From IMG/VR virus record IMGVR_UViG_3300033414_000001, positions 14,919 through 78,918 of that record: a stretch of DNA of 64,000 bases; one strand, given 5' to 3'. The position numbers and the translations under genes are program-made. Source of the stretch: a virus (Duplodnaviria; Caudoviricetes). Of the stretch, positions 1-7,866 are shown piece by piece. The notes beneath the pieces were generated by a model. It saw only the letters and a list, made by a program, of their open reading frames with translations, ran no database searches and was not told where the DNA came from. The first letter of the stretch is position 1. Each line of letters starts with the position of its first letter.

Positions 1-1
1 G

Positions 2-202
2 GACTCCGGAGCGCGCTGCGCGATGTGCGGCGCCTCCAGACACCCCGATAATCGACTTCTGGAAGCCTATCTAGCACTTCTCGCGGCGGGCGAGCGCATC
101 GGCATCGCGGCTCGCGTCAGCCTCGCGCACGGCATCGCCGTCTTGACTGCCGAGCGGGACGTCGCGGTGTCGGAGTTGGCCGCAGCCAGGAGCGCCCGAT
201 GA
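2..202 (+). CDS. hypothetical protein, 5'-partial
   Basis: Open frame from the window edge (DSGARCAMCGASRHPDNRLL...AARSAR*). Its TGA overlaps the ATG at 199 (ATGA coupling). Confidence 0.5.
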   Translation, partial: DSGARCAMCGASRHPDNRLLEAYLALLAAGERIGIAARVSLAHGIAVLTAERDVAVSELAAARSAR

Positions 203-462
203 AATGCGCCGGCCCGAAGTGCAAGCGAGACGCGAAGCTCGGCAAGTTCTGCGGTGGACACTACCGGCAGCTCCGGAGGGCGGCGCAGAGGGGAGCGGAG
301 CGGCCGGAGAAGGAACTGAAACCTCTCCGGATCGGGAGAGGCGTGAAGCTCGCGGGCCTCACGGTGTCGGAGGCGTGCGCGAAGGCGCTGGCGGCGAGAG
401 GGCCGACGACGTACGAGGCGGCGAAGGGCGTGCTGGAGGCATGGGCGAGGAGGAAGACGTGA
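199..462 (+). CDS. small Cys/His (putative Zn-binding) basic protein
   Basis: C-x4-C...C-x2-H-Y motif; ATGA coupling at both ends. Confidence 0.65.
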   Translation: MKCAGPKCKRDAKLGKFCGGHYRQLRRAAQRGAERPEKELKPLRIGRGVKLAGLTVSEACAKALAARGPTTYEAAKGVLEAWARRKT

Positions 463-617
463 TGCGAATCCACAACGTGCGGCTCGGGCTGGCAACGAAT
501 AGTTCCAGCAGTCACTCAATCATTTTGGGGCGCGGGCTCAGCGACGTGACCCCGGAGTGCGGCCCGGAAGCGTATGGCTGGGACAACTTCGTCCTAGCCT
601 CCAAGGAAGCAAAGATG
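462..617 (+). pseudogene. 5' fragment of a TNSSS-motif phage protein, truncated by IS insertion
   Basis: MRIHNVRLGLATNSSSSHSIIL resembles the conserved phage N-terminal TNSSS(S/T)HS motif (often seen on radical-SAM-associated proteins). The frame runs into the IS terminal repeat at 618 and stops at 635. Confidence 0.6.
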
Positions 618-639
618 GGTAGTGGGTCAGTTTGAAAAT
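618..639 (+). repeat. IS terminal inverted repeat (left end)
   Basis: GGTAGTGGGTCAGTTTGAAAAT is recognised as the end sequence of IS1-like elements (reverse complement ...TTTCAAACTGACCCACTACC). No partner copy seen. Confidence 0.65.
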
Positions 640-694
640 CCCTGAGCCCCGGCCGCGCTAGCGCCGGGCGGTCCCGCCGTGCTACGCAAGGGCC

Positions 695-946
695 ATGCCT
701 AAGCGTTCAAGCAAGAAGAGACTACCAACCGACCCGAACCAACTGGCGGCGGCGATCGTCGCCCAGGCCACCGCCGAGCCGGTCACCCAGCCGACGGGCG
801 AGCCCGAGAAGAACCCCGCCGCCGTAGCCCTCGGCAAGTTGGGCGGGAAGAAGGGTGGACCGGCCCGCGCCAAGGCGCTCACCAAGAAGCGGCGCGCGGA
901 GATCGCGAAGAAGGCGGCGAAGGCGAGGTGGGGCGCCAAAACGTAG
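695..946 (+). CDS. small basic IS-passenger protein (KNPAAVALG..GG.KGG.ARA..L....R.EIA.KAA.ARW family)
   Basis: Clear match to this conserved small-protein motif, which is typically found next to IS1-like transposases. Confidence 0.85.
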   Translation: MPKRSSKKRLPTDPNQLAAAIVAQATAEPVTQPTGEPEKNPAAVALGKLGGKKGGPARAKALTKKRRAEIAKKAAKARWGAKT

Positions 947-1017
947 ACGTCACCTATGTTCAGGCACGCGCGGTCTGCGGACTTTCCGTAAAGCCGTACT
1001 GTTCGGCCCCCGCTAGG

Positions 1018-1067
1018 TTGACGAGTCTGCGGAGATTCGGTACTTAGTCTGCGTGACGACCGCAGAC
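1018..1067 (+). promoter_or_regulatory. sigma70-like promoter with operator repeats for a leaderless passenger gene
   Basis: TTGACG-17-TACTTA; the GTG at 1053 is 7 nt after the -10. GTCTGCG occurs at 973, 1025 and 1047, with an inverted copy at 1061-1067. Confidence 0.45.
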
Positions 1068-1466
1068 AGAGTTGCCAGGATCCGTTTTCTGGCTCGCCAT
1101 CTCGACGAATTGGAGGCCCAAGCCCAGGCCCTGGGCAACCAGATCACTGAGGCAGCCCAAGAGCTGGAAGCGCTCGCGGGGGCCTCTGTCCAGGCCCCTA
1201 AGCCATCCACTGCTGCGGGGGCCAGCGGGGAGTCTGGGCTTGCGCCAGGCACGGAGAGAGCGGAGCGGCAGAGCAAGGCTGCAACTGCCCTGGAAGCCAT
1301 TTCCAAGAACAACAAGCTCACCTACGCCGAGCTGTCTGTGTTGCTCTATGGAGACGACACAGATGACAACAAGAGCAAGGCGCGGAGCGTAATCTACTTC
1401 CTGACGAAGAAGGCCAATAAACTCCGCGGGGGGCCCGGAGCGTGGGAGATCACTAGAGATGGATAG
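1053..1466 (+). CDS. IS passenger: coiled coil plus putative winged-helix DNA-binding protein
   Basis: N-terminal heptads, an Ala/Pro linker and a C-terminal LTYAELSVLLYG...KARSVIYFL...GAWEIT wHTH-like pattern. Confidence 0.7.
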   Translation: MTTADRVARIRFLARHLDELEAQAQALGNQITEAAQELEALAGASVQAPKPSTAAGASGESGLAPGTERAERQSKAATALEAISKNNKLTYAELSVLLYGDDTDDNKSKARSVIYFLTKKANKLRGGPGAWEITRDG

Positions 1467-1469
1467 ACG

Positions 1470-1502
1470 AAGGGCCCCGGAGTCATGACCTCCGAGGCCC
1501 TT
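1470..1502. terminator. GC-rich hairpin after the passenger gene (terminator or processing site)
   Basis: AAGGGCC..CGGAG / CTCCG..GGCCCTT inverted repeat. Confidence 0.5.
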
Positions 1503-1512
1503 CAAGATAAGC

Positions 1513-1583
1513 GGGGCTAGCACGGTTGCCGGGACGGACTTTAGACACTGACCCGGGCGGTTCAACTCCGTCTAGTTCCACCA
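1513..1583 (+). ncRNA. 71-nt tRNA/tmRNA-TLD-like RNA
   Basis: Acceptor stem GGGGCTA/TAGTTCC followed by ACCA; T-arm GGCGG-TTCAACT-CCGTC; G3:U70 and A73. No canonical D-arm or anticodon stem. Confidence 0.55.
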
Positions 1584-1756
1584 GATTCGAGCGCCCAAAA
1601 GAGGACACCCGATCGCGCAACGATTCGGATCCTCTCACAATCTCGTGCGCGCCGTCAAGGTACGCGTGGCTGGGACGCGCCTTGGTGAGGAGGGTTCAGT
1701 GCGGAGTTCCGACCGCATACTAAGACGCTAGGGGCGCGAGATCGCCCCGCGATCAA

Positions 1757-1786
1757 CGGGCATCACGGGAGACCCCGTGATGCCCG
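1757..1786. repeat. perfect 13-bp inverted repeat
   Basis: CGGGCATCACGGG-AGAC-CCCGTGATGCCCG, just upstream of the transposase promoter. Confidence 0.8.
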
Positions 1787-1800
1787 AGTCTGCGCTGACT

Positions 1801-1833
1801 ATGCTTGACCGCTTAAGCATAAAGAGCGATACT
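1801..1833 (+). promoter_or_regulatory. leaderless transposase promoter
   Basis: TTGACC(1805)-17-GATACT(1828); ATG at 1840 is 7 nt downstream. An ATGCTT/AAGCAT inverted repeat overlaps the -35. Confidence 0.6.
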
Positions 1834-1839
1834 CCTGCC

Positions 1840-1941
1840 ATGAACAAGCTGACGAACGAGAAGCGGGTTGCGGTGGTGAAGGCGCTGGTGGAGGGGATGA
1901 GCATCCGCGCCACCGTCCGCATGACCGGCGTGGCGAAGAAC
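1840..1941 (+). pseudogene. IS1-like transposase N-terminal HTH stub (34 codons)
   Basis: MNKLTNEKRVAVVKALVEGMSIRATVRMTGVAKN, then an abrupt change to unrelated sequence; no DDE domain. Confidence 0.75.
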
Positions 1942-1992
1942 GATGGGTATGACGGAAGACATCCTGACTGCGTTCCAGGGGTTCGCCCGGCC

Positions 1993-2343
1993 ATGACCGA
2001 CGCGCAACTGGTCACAGTTCTCAGGCGGGGCGGGTTCGCGCCCCGGGGCGTGCGCGCTCTCATGGCCGCGAAGCGCGAGTTGGAGCAGGAGATAACGAGA
2101 TGCGCTGGGCGCGCCCACAATCGGGGCGAGCTCAGAGGACTGCGCTGGAGCGGGAGAGAGCTTCGTTGCGCAGGAGAACTGCTCACCCGCTACGCCATCC
2201 AGTACTCGCTGACTCAACTGTCCCCGCCCGAAGAGTTGGCCAAGAGGCTTGATGCCGGCGGCCACGCTCGGGCGGCCATGGTGTTGCGCCGGCTCGGGGA
2301 CGAAATGGGAGTCCCGGCTCTTCTGCTGGAGTCGACGAGATGA
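1993..2343 (+). CDS. hypothetical protein
   Basis: The ATG at 1993 overlaps the TGA of an orphan gene tail (MGMTEDILTAFQGFARP*). Coupled to the gene at 2340. Confidence 0.55.
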   Translation: MTDAQLVTVLRRGGFAPRGVRALMAAKRELEQEITRCAGRAHNRGELRGLRWSGRELRCAGELLTRYAIQYSLTQLSPPEELAKRLDAGGHARAAMVLRRLGDEMGVPALLLESTR

Positions 2344-2585
2344 CCGACGCGCTCCGCCGATACCTAGGCCAGGTCGCCCTGCTGGAGAACATCCGCCGGG
2401 CCCACTCGGGCGCAGAAAGCCCCGAGGAGGAGTCGCTGCTCGCCGAAATGGACGCCTCCTGGGATGAGCTGAACGCGACGGATCGAGGCGAGCTGCGCCG
2501 GTTCCGCTCAGACGAACATCTCGGTATCGATACCGACGTGTTGGCGTTTCCCGGCATACCGCCCCGCTGTCCGCCGATCGGATGA
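2340..2585 (+). CDS. hypothetical protein
   Basis: ORF track; ATGA coupling; helical acidic composition. Confidence 0.6.
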   Translation: MTDALRRYLGQVALLENIRRAHSGAESPEEESLLAEMDASWDELNATDRGELRRFRSDEHLGIDTDVLAFPGIPPRCPPIG

Positions 2586-2658
2586 CGGAGCTCTTTCGCG
2601 GCTAGGTGGCGCGTGACCGCGGGCCGTGGCACAGTATCGCCGCGGAGGCGCACGACGC

Positions 2659-4320
2659 ATGAGTTCAGGGACGATCGTTGAGCCGCAGGCGGCCCGGCAG
2701 GCAGCGATGACGGCCAGCGGCAAGTTCATCGACGGCATCGCCCGTCTCGGCCTATCTCCGCGACAGCAAGCGCTGAACGAGTTGTGGTCGTGGTACCGAT
2801 GCGTGCGCTACGACGCGCGAACAACCGACTGGGACGGGTCGAAGCATGTCGACGGCCTCGACGCGGAGGTCATTTCCCAGGCCGCGTTCATCCCCCCGGG
2901 CTTCTACGACGCGAGCGGCGGCCAGGTCCCGTTGAAGTTCCGGCGCCCCACCGCGCCGTACGCGCTGGGAAAGGTCATCCCGGATCGGTTCACTGGCTTG
3001 CTCTTCTCGGAGCGCCGCAGTCCGCGCATCAGCGTGGAGGGGGACGAGAAGACCCAGGACTACGTGAGCGCGATAGCCGAGGTCGGGCGTCTGTGGCCGA
3101 CCATGATCCAGGCCCGAACCTACGGCGGCGCGACCGGGACCGTGGCGCTCGGGTTCTCGTTCCACAAGGGTCGGCCGGTCTTCGAGGTTCATGACGCGCG
3201 TTGGTGCGTCCCGGACTTCAAGGATCGCTCCCAGCTCGTTCTTCGCTCGATCGAGAAGCGGTATCAGTACCCGGTCGAGCAGCGCAACATGATCACCGGG
3301 CGGTGGGAGGAGATCCCGCACTGGTATCGTCGCGTCATCGACGAGCAGCGCGATACGCTGTATTCGCCAATTCCGGTGCCTGACAACGGCGAAGAGCCGG
3401 ACTGGGAGGTACAGGAGGAGGCGCAACACGGATACGGGTTCTGCCCCGTGGTGTGGATTCAGAACCTCCCGGTGCAGGATTCAATCGACGGGGATCCGGA
3501 CTGTCACGGCATCTTCCCGATGATTGAGTCCATTGATGCGCTGATAGCGCAGGGTAACCGATCCACGATCTTCAACTGCGACCCCACGCTAGTAGTCAAC
3601 AGCGATGCTACAATGTCGGATGTTTCGAAGGGGTCCGGGCATGCTCTCAAGATCCCCGCCAACTCCGGCGCGAGGTACATGGAAATCTCCGGCACGGGGC
3701 CGAAGGCCGCCTTCGAGGCAGCCGACAAGCTCCGAGCCTACGCGCTGGAGGTGGCCCAATGCGTGCTCGACCATCCCGACTCCGTGCAGCGAACCGCGCA
3801 GGAGATCGAGCGCGTCTACTCCTCGATGCTCGCCAAGGCCGACATCCTCCGCGAGCAGTACGGTCAGAGAGGGGTGCTTCCGCTGCTCAACATGGTCGTG
3901 GAGGCAGTCCGAAAGCTCGGCACTCCCGTGGCGGCCGAGCCCCAGGGAGTTGTGGGCGCCGCGATCGTGCGTCGCGTCGTCGAGCTCCCGCCTCGCCTGA
4001 TTCCGCAGGCGGACGGGGAGCCGCCGAAGCTCGTGCCCAGAGAGCTTGGGCCGCGCGGCAGTACGCTCCAGCTCCAATGGGGGCCATACTTCGCGCCGTC
4101 CATCACGGATACGTCCAACTCGGTCACTGCGGCAGCAAAAGCGAAAGAGGCGGGGCTCATCGACCGGGAGCACGCCAGCCAGTTCGTCGCCTCCGACTTC
4201 CGGGTGGAGGACGTGGGGCACATGCTCGCCAAGATCGAGCAGGAGAAGCAGGACGAGCAGGCTAGGATCGAGCAAAGCCTGATGAGTGGCCTAGGCGGGC
4301 CGAGCGGGTTGGGCGCGTGA
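2659..4320 (+). CDS. portal protein
   Basis: ~553 aa, first large gene of the head block, GGAGG RBS. The mixed alpha/beta layout (CPVVWIQN...GDPDC) and C-terminal helices fit SPP1 gp6-like portals. Confidence 0.75.
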   Translation: MSSGTIVEPQAARQAAMTASGKFIDGIARLGLSPRQQALNELWSWYRCVRYDARTTDWDGSKHVDGLDAEVISQAAFIPPGFYDASGGQVPLKFRRPTAPYALGKVIPDRFTGLLFSERRSPRISVEGDEKTQDYVSAIAEVGRLWPTMIQARTYGGATGTVALGFSFHKGRPVFEVHDARWCVPDFKDRSQLVLRSIEKRYQYPVEQRNMITGRWEEIPHWYRRVIDEQRDTLYSPIPVPDNGEEPDWEVQEEAQHGYGFCPVVWIQNLPVQDSIDGDPDCHGIFPMIESIDALIAQGNRSTIFNCDPTLVVNSDATMSDVSKGSGHALKIPANSGARYMEISGTGPKAAFEAADKLRAYALEVAQCVLDHPDSVQRTAQEIERVYSSMLAKADILREQYGQRGVLPLLNMVVEAVRKLGTPVAAEPQGVVGAAIVRRVVELPPRLIPQADGEPPKLVPRELGPRGSTLQLQWGPYFAPSITDTSNSVTAAAKAKEAGLIDREHASQFVASDFRVEDVGHMLAKIEQEKQDEQARIEQSLMSGLGGPSGLGA

Positions 4321-4565
4321 GCCGAGCCTTTCCGGTCCCGTCAGTCGTCCGGTTCGTCATCGCCGCGCCGCCCATGTCGAGGGAATGGCTGCGCGAGAGC
4401 GAGGCATACGAGACGCACGGGTGGCTGACGCCGGTTCTGGTGGCGCGTTCGTATCACGCTGGCAGTTTGATGGTCTGGCGCGAAGAGCCGGCGGGGGAGA
4501 TCTGGCTCCGCCCCGTCGATTCGTGGCGTCAGTTGGCCGGCGACGCTGGGGTCGCCGAGAGCTGA
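4317..4565 (+). CDS. hypothetical protein
   Basis: GTGA overlap with the portal stop. Confidence 0.5.
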   Translation: MSRAFPVPSVVRFVIAAPPMSREWLRESEAYETHGWLTPVLVARSYHAGSLMVWREEPAGEIWLRPVDSWRQLAGDAGVAES

Positions 4566-4787
4566 ATGCCGCGCTGGAGCACCGCCGATGAGATCGAGGG
4601 CGCCTTCCCGTCCGTGACGCGAGATGTGCTCAATACCTGGAGGTCCGTGGGCATCGTTCACCCGCGACGCGAACCGGTGTACGGTAACGGGCGACTGGTA
4701 GGCGCGCTGGAGACGTACGACGCGTCGGAGATTGAGCAAGCGCTCGCGCATGAGTCGGCGCTACTGCTGACGGGAGATGACGAATGA
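4566..4787 (+). CDS. small protein, possibly MerR-like HTH
   Basis: WSTADEI...VTRDVLNTWRSVGIVHPRR...Y pattern. Confidence 0.5.
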   Translation: MPRWSTADEIEGAFPSVTRDVLNTWRSVGIVHPRREPVYGNGRLVGALETYDASEIEQALAHESALLLTGDDE

Positions 4788-6145
4788 CATGGATCTCTGG
4801 GCGATGCTGGTTGGTGGTTTTCACCGCGGCATCGATCTGTCTGGCGGTCCCAATTGCCTGGGCGCAAACCGCAAAAGTGCGCGCCTGCGACGCGACCGGG
4901 GCCAAGTGCGCGCTCGTACTGTCCAGAGATCCGGCCGCGGGAGAAAACGGGATCCTCGTTCGGCCGATCTCGCCCTACGATCAACTGTCGGCGGTAGGCA
5001 GACCGGTGACGGCAGAAGCGGAGCCGGTGGCGGCGCTCAGCTTCAACTACTCCATCAACCCGGCGCACGTTTCGTCGCTGATCGTCGACACCGGAGCAGT
5101 GACGCAGGCTTCGTCCATGGCGGTGCTGCAAACCGGCACCGGCGCGACCGGGTCTGCGCGTATTCGCTCGACGTCGGCCGCCCGCTACGTAGCGGGCACC
5201 GGAGTATACGCGAGCTTCAGCGCGCTTTTCACGGCAGGTGTCGCAAACAGCCGTCAGGAAATAGGGCTTGGCGACGAATCGGATGGGGTATTCTTTGGCT
5301 ATCAGGGCGCCACGTTCGGCGTGTTCTTGCGGTCCGGCGGGTCGGACACGTTCGTCGCTCAGTCGGCCTGGAATGGAGCCGACAAATTCGACGGAACCGG
5401 TCCCAGTGCGACAACGTTAGACAAAACCAAACTCAATCTATTCAAGGTCCAGTTCTCGTGGCACGGCGCAGGCACGATCCGTTACTACATATCGGACCCA
5501 ACGACCGGGCGATTCGCGCTGGTGCACCAGATCGTATATGAGAACACTGCCACCGTCCCGTCGTTCATGAATCCGACCCTGCCGCTGCACGCCAAGGTCG
5601 TGAACACCGGCAACGCAAGCAATGTGACGCTCAAAACGGCATCAATGGGCGCCTACGTGGAGGGGAACTCCGCGACCGGTCCAATCTTGATAGGGTGGCC
5701 TGGCGCGGACTATGGCATAACGACAGCGACCGGGACCGAAGCTGCGATCCTGACACTGAAAAACAAACCATCCAATGTTTTTGGTGGCATCAACGTCAAT
5801 CGAGTTCGAACGAAAATACTCCGCATTGGAATCGCGAACCCGAGTGGTGCAAAGGATATGCGATTCCTGGTGAAGCTCAATGCCACGCTGGGCGGGACGC
5901 CGAATTACGTCGACTCGGACACGACAACCAGCGTGATAGCCGTGGACAAATCAGGGACCACCGTCAGCGGGGGGCGTCTGCTTGGGGCGGTTCGTTTGGC
6001 GTCTGGAGCATCGGAGAATATCGACATGACGCCATACAACTTCACGCTCAACCCTGGCGACACCGCCACGTTCTCGGCGCAAAACGCAACAGACAACACG
6101 CCCCTCGACGCGGAACTGTCCGTATCGTGGCTGGAGATGTTCTAG
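4784..6145 (+). CDS. putative virion beta-sandwich (lectin/ConA-like) protein with N-terminal signal peptide
   Basis: RY.AG.G...QE.GLGD..DGVFFGY.G..FGV...Q..WN..DK.DGTGPS..LD.TK.N motif, known from phage structural proteins; hydrophobic leader ending AWA-Q. Confidence 0.6.
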   Translation: MTWISGRCWLVVFTAASICLAVPIAWAQTAKVRACDATGAKCALVLSRDPAAGENGILVRPISPYDQLSAVGRPVTAEAEPVAALSFNYSINPAHVSSLIVDTGAVTQASSMAVLQTGTGATGSARIRSTSAARYVAGTGVYASFSALFTAGVANSRQEIGLGDESDGVFFGYQGATFGVFLRSGGSDTFVAQSAWNGADKFDGTGPSATTLDKTKLNLFKVQFSWHGAGTIRYYISDPTTGRFALVHQIVYENTATVPSFMNPTLPLHAKVVNTGNASNVTLKTASMGAYVEGNSATGPILIGWPGADYGITTATGTEAAILTLKNKPSNVFGGINVNRVRTKILRIGIANPSGAKDMRFLVKLNATLGGTPNYVDSDTTTSVIAVDKSGTTVSGGRLLGAVRLASGASENIDMTPYNFTLNPGDTATFSAQNATDNTPLDAELSVSWLEMF

Positions 6146-6203
6146 GTTCGCGAATGGTAGTAGATTGCTGATGCCGAGAGATCAGGCAACACTGGGGGAC
6201 CAG

Positions 6204-7022
6204 ATGTGTACTCAGGCAATGCTTCGTTGTTTCCGGACCGTCGCTCTCTTTGCTGGGCCGCTCATGGCGTTCCCGGCTGCGGCGCAGCTCTCCAAGGTGC
6301 GCGTGTGCGATTCCTCCGGCGCCAACTGCGCTCTGGTGGACGCCGGCGGGACTCTCAAGGCGGGCGGAGCCGTCACAGGCACCGTTACAGCAAACCAGGG
6401 GACCGCCGGCGCAGGCGCATGGCCGGTCGATGCGAGCGGTGCGACCGTGCCCGTGTCGCTTGATCGGGTGGGCGGCACTGCGGTGCTTACTGGAGGCGTC
6501 GCCGGAGCCGTGGGTATCGGCGGTCTCGCGGCGGATGGCGCCGCAGTGACAGGGAATCCGGTGCTGATCGGCGGAACCGCCATCGCCGATGGAGCGGTGA
6601 CCGCCACCACGGCGGGCAATGTATATAGACTGCCAGAGGACACCCAGCGACGGCTCCTCGTGCGTGATTATCACCCGAATTTCGCGAGTTGGAGTACCGG
6701 CGCCGCGGCCGTGACCGCGAACACTCAAATCGCCGGTCTGTCTGGGGCGGGATTGTCCTACTACATCACCGATCTGATGATCTCCAACGTCGGGGCTAGC
6801 GGATCGGCGACGACCGCCGCAATCGTGTCCAGTACGACAGCGGGGAATGCGTGCGCGACGGCGCCGGCAAGCGTGCTCCCCCCGGTCGCATTCCCACTCA
6901 ACGGAACCGTCATGGCCGCGCTCAAGACGCCGATCAAGGTCGCATCGAATAGCGCTCTCTGCTGCGTGATCGACGCCGCCGCCACGTTCACATGTCAACT
7001 GTCCGGCTTCGTTGCGCCGTAG
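6204..7022 (+). CDS. Ala/Gly/Thr-rich putative virion protein with signal peptide
   Basis: Leader ending AAA-Q; shares the KVR.CD..GA.CALV module with 4784-6145. Confidence 0.65.
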   Translation: MCTQAMLRCFRTVALFAGPLMAFPAAAQLSKVRVCDSSGANCALVDAGGTLKAGGAVTGTVTANQGTAGAGAWPVDASGATVPVSLDRVGGTAVLTGGVAGAVGIGGLAADGAAVTGNPVLIGGTAIADGAVTATTAGNVYRLPEDTQRRLLVRDYHPNFASWSTGAAAVTANTQIAGLSGAGLSYYITDLMISNVGASGSATTAAIVSSTTAGNACATAPASVLPPVAFPLNGTVMAALKTPIKVASNSALCCVIDAAATFTCQLSGFVAP

Positions 7023-7031
7023 AGGAACCGC

Positions 7032-7382
7032 ATGGCCGACTATCTGAGCACCGGCATCCTTGTCGATTACGCCGCCACGCCCACCCCGGCTGGGGTGAAG
7101 ACGCTTGTCCTGCCTCTGGCCCTTGACCCCGTAACTACCAGGGTCGTCAAGGTGATCCTGGAAAACCAGGACGCGGCGAACGGCGCCATCCTGACGGTGG
7201 CGCCAACCGAAGGGGGCCTGGAGAACAAGGATGAGACGCTGTCCGCCACGGTGGGGCCGCTGAGCGAGGGCTCGGTGATCTTCTCGGAGCCGCTGCCCCC
7301 GAGACTGAATGTCTACACGACCGCGGCGGCGGGCGCCCCGCCCGTACGCATCAGGGTCAGGGGCGTAAGAAGGACCGTGTAG
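7032..7382 (+). CDS. beta-rich hypothetical (possible head decoration) protein
   Basis: GAGG RBS; V.LENQD...I.VA pattern. Confidence 0.6.
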   Translation: MADYLSTGILVDYAATPTPAGVKTLVLPLALDPVTTRVVKVILENQDAANGAILTVAPTEGGLENKDETLSATVGPLSEGSVIFSEPLPPRLNVYTTAAAGAPPVRIRVRGVRRTV

Positions 7383-7386
7383 GTCT

Positions 7387-7866
7387 ATGGTGTTCGCCGT
7401 GGACTTCGACGGAACGGTGGTCTCGGATGCTCGCCCCTATGCGGACACCGAGACGCCTCTCGTCTTCATCCCTGGAGCCCGAGAAGCACTGCTCGCGCTC
7501 AGGAGGGCGGGCCACACCCTGCTGCTGTGGTCGGCTCGAAGCAGCCCGGCGCTCATCGACGATCCGGCCCTGAATCCGCTCGTGCGCGTCGGCGCAGTTC
7601 CGGAGAGTCGAGCTCGGTGGGAGGCGATGCGTCATGTTCACTTGGCGCGGTTGGCGCAGATGCTTGCGTTCGTAGAGCGAGAGCTGCCCGAGGTGTTCGA
7701 CGCGATCGACGATGGCCGAGGCGGCAAGCCGGTCGGTGTGGACTTCTTCCTCGATGACAAGGCGCTGCGACTGGGGCGAGGCACAGGCGGTTTCGGGTGG
7801 GGAGAGATCGCGGAGATGTACGGCGAGCCGGATCACGGGAAACCGGTCGGGAGACTGTCGGCATGA
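7387..7866 (+). CDS. HAD-superfamily hydrolase
   Basis: Motif I VDFDGT, motif II LWSAR, motif IV FLDDKA. Confidence 0.8.
   Translation: MVFAVDFDGTVVSDARPYADTETPLVFIPGAREALLALRRAGHTLLLWSARSSPALIDDPALNPLVRVGAVPESRARWEAMRHVHLARLAQMLAFVERELPEVFDAIDDGRGGKPVGVDFFLDDKALRLGRGTGGFGWGEIAEMYGEPDHGKPVGRLSA

Larger units (their letters stand above)
618..1941 (+). mobile_element. decayed IS1-like insertion sequence with passenger genes (left end, 2 passengers, transposase stub)
   Basis: Terminal GGTAGTGGGTCAGTTTGAAAAT, a KNPAAVALG-type passenger, and a transposase N-terminus at 1840. The right end is not found in the window. Confidence 0.7.

Noticed and set aside
1513-1583. Call as a standard tRNA-Ala or an ochre suppressor
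   Set aside because: It lacks a D-stem and a proper 5-bp anticodon stem; reported only as tRNA-like.
1777-2343. 188-aa ORF as a single real protein
   Set aside because: It is a chance in-frame join of the transposase stub and the gene starting at 1993.
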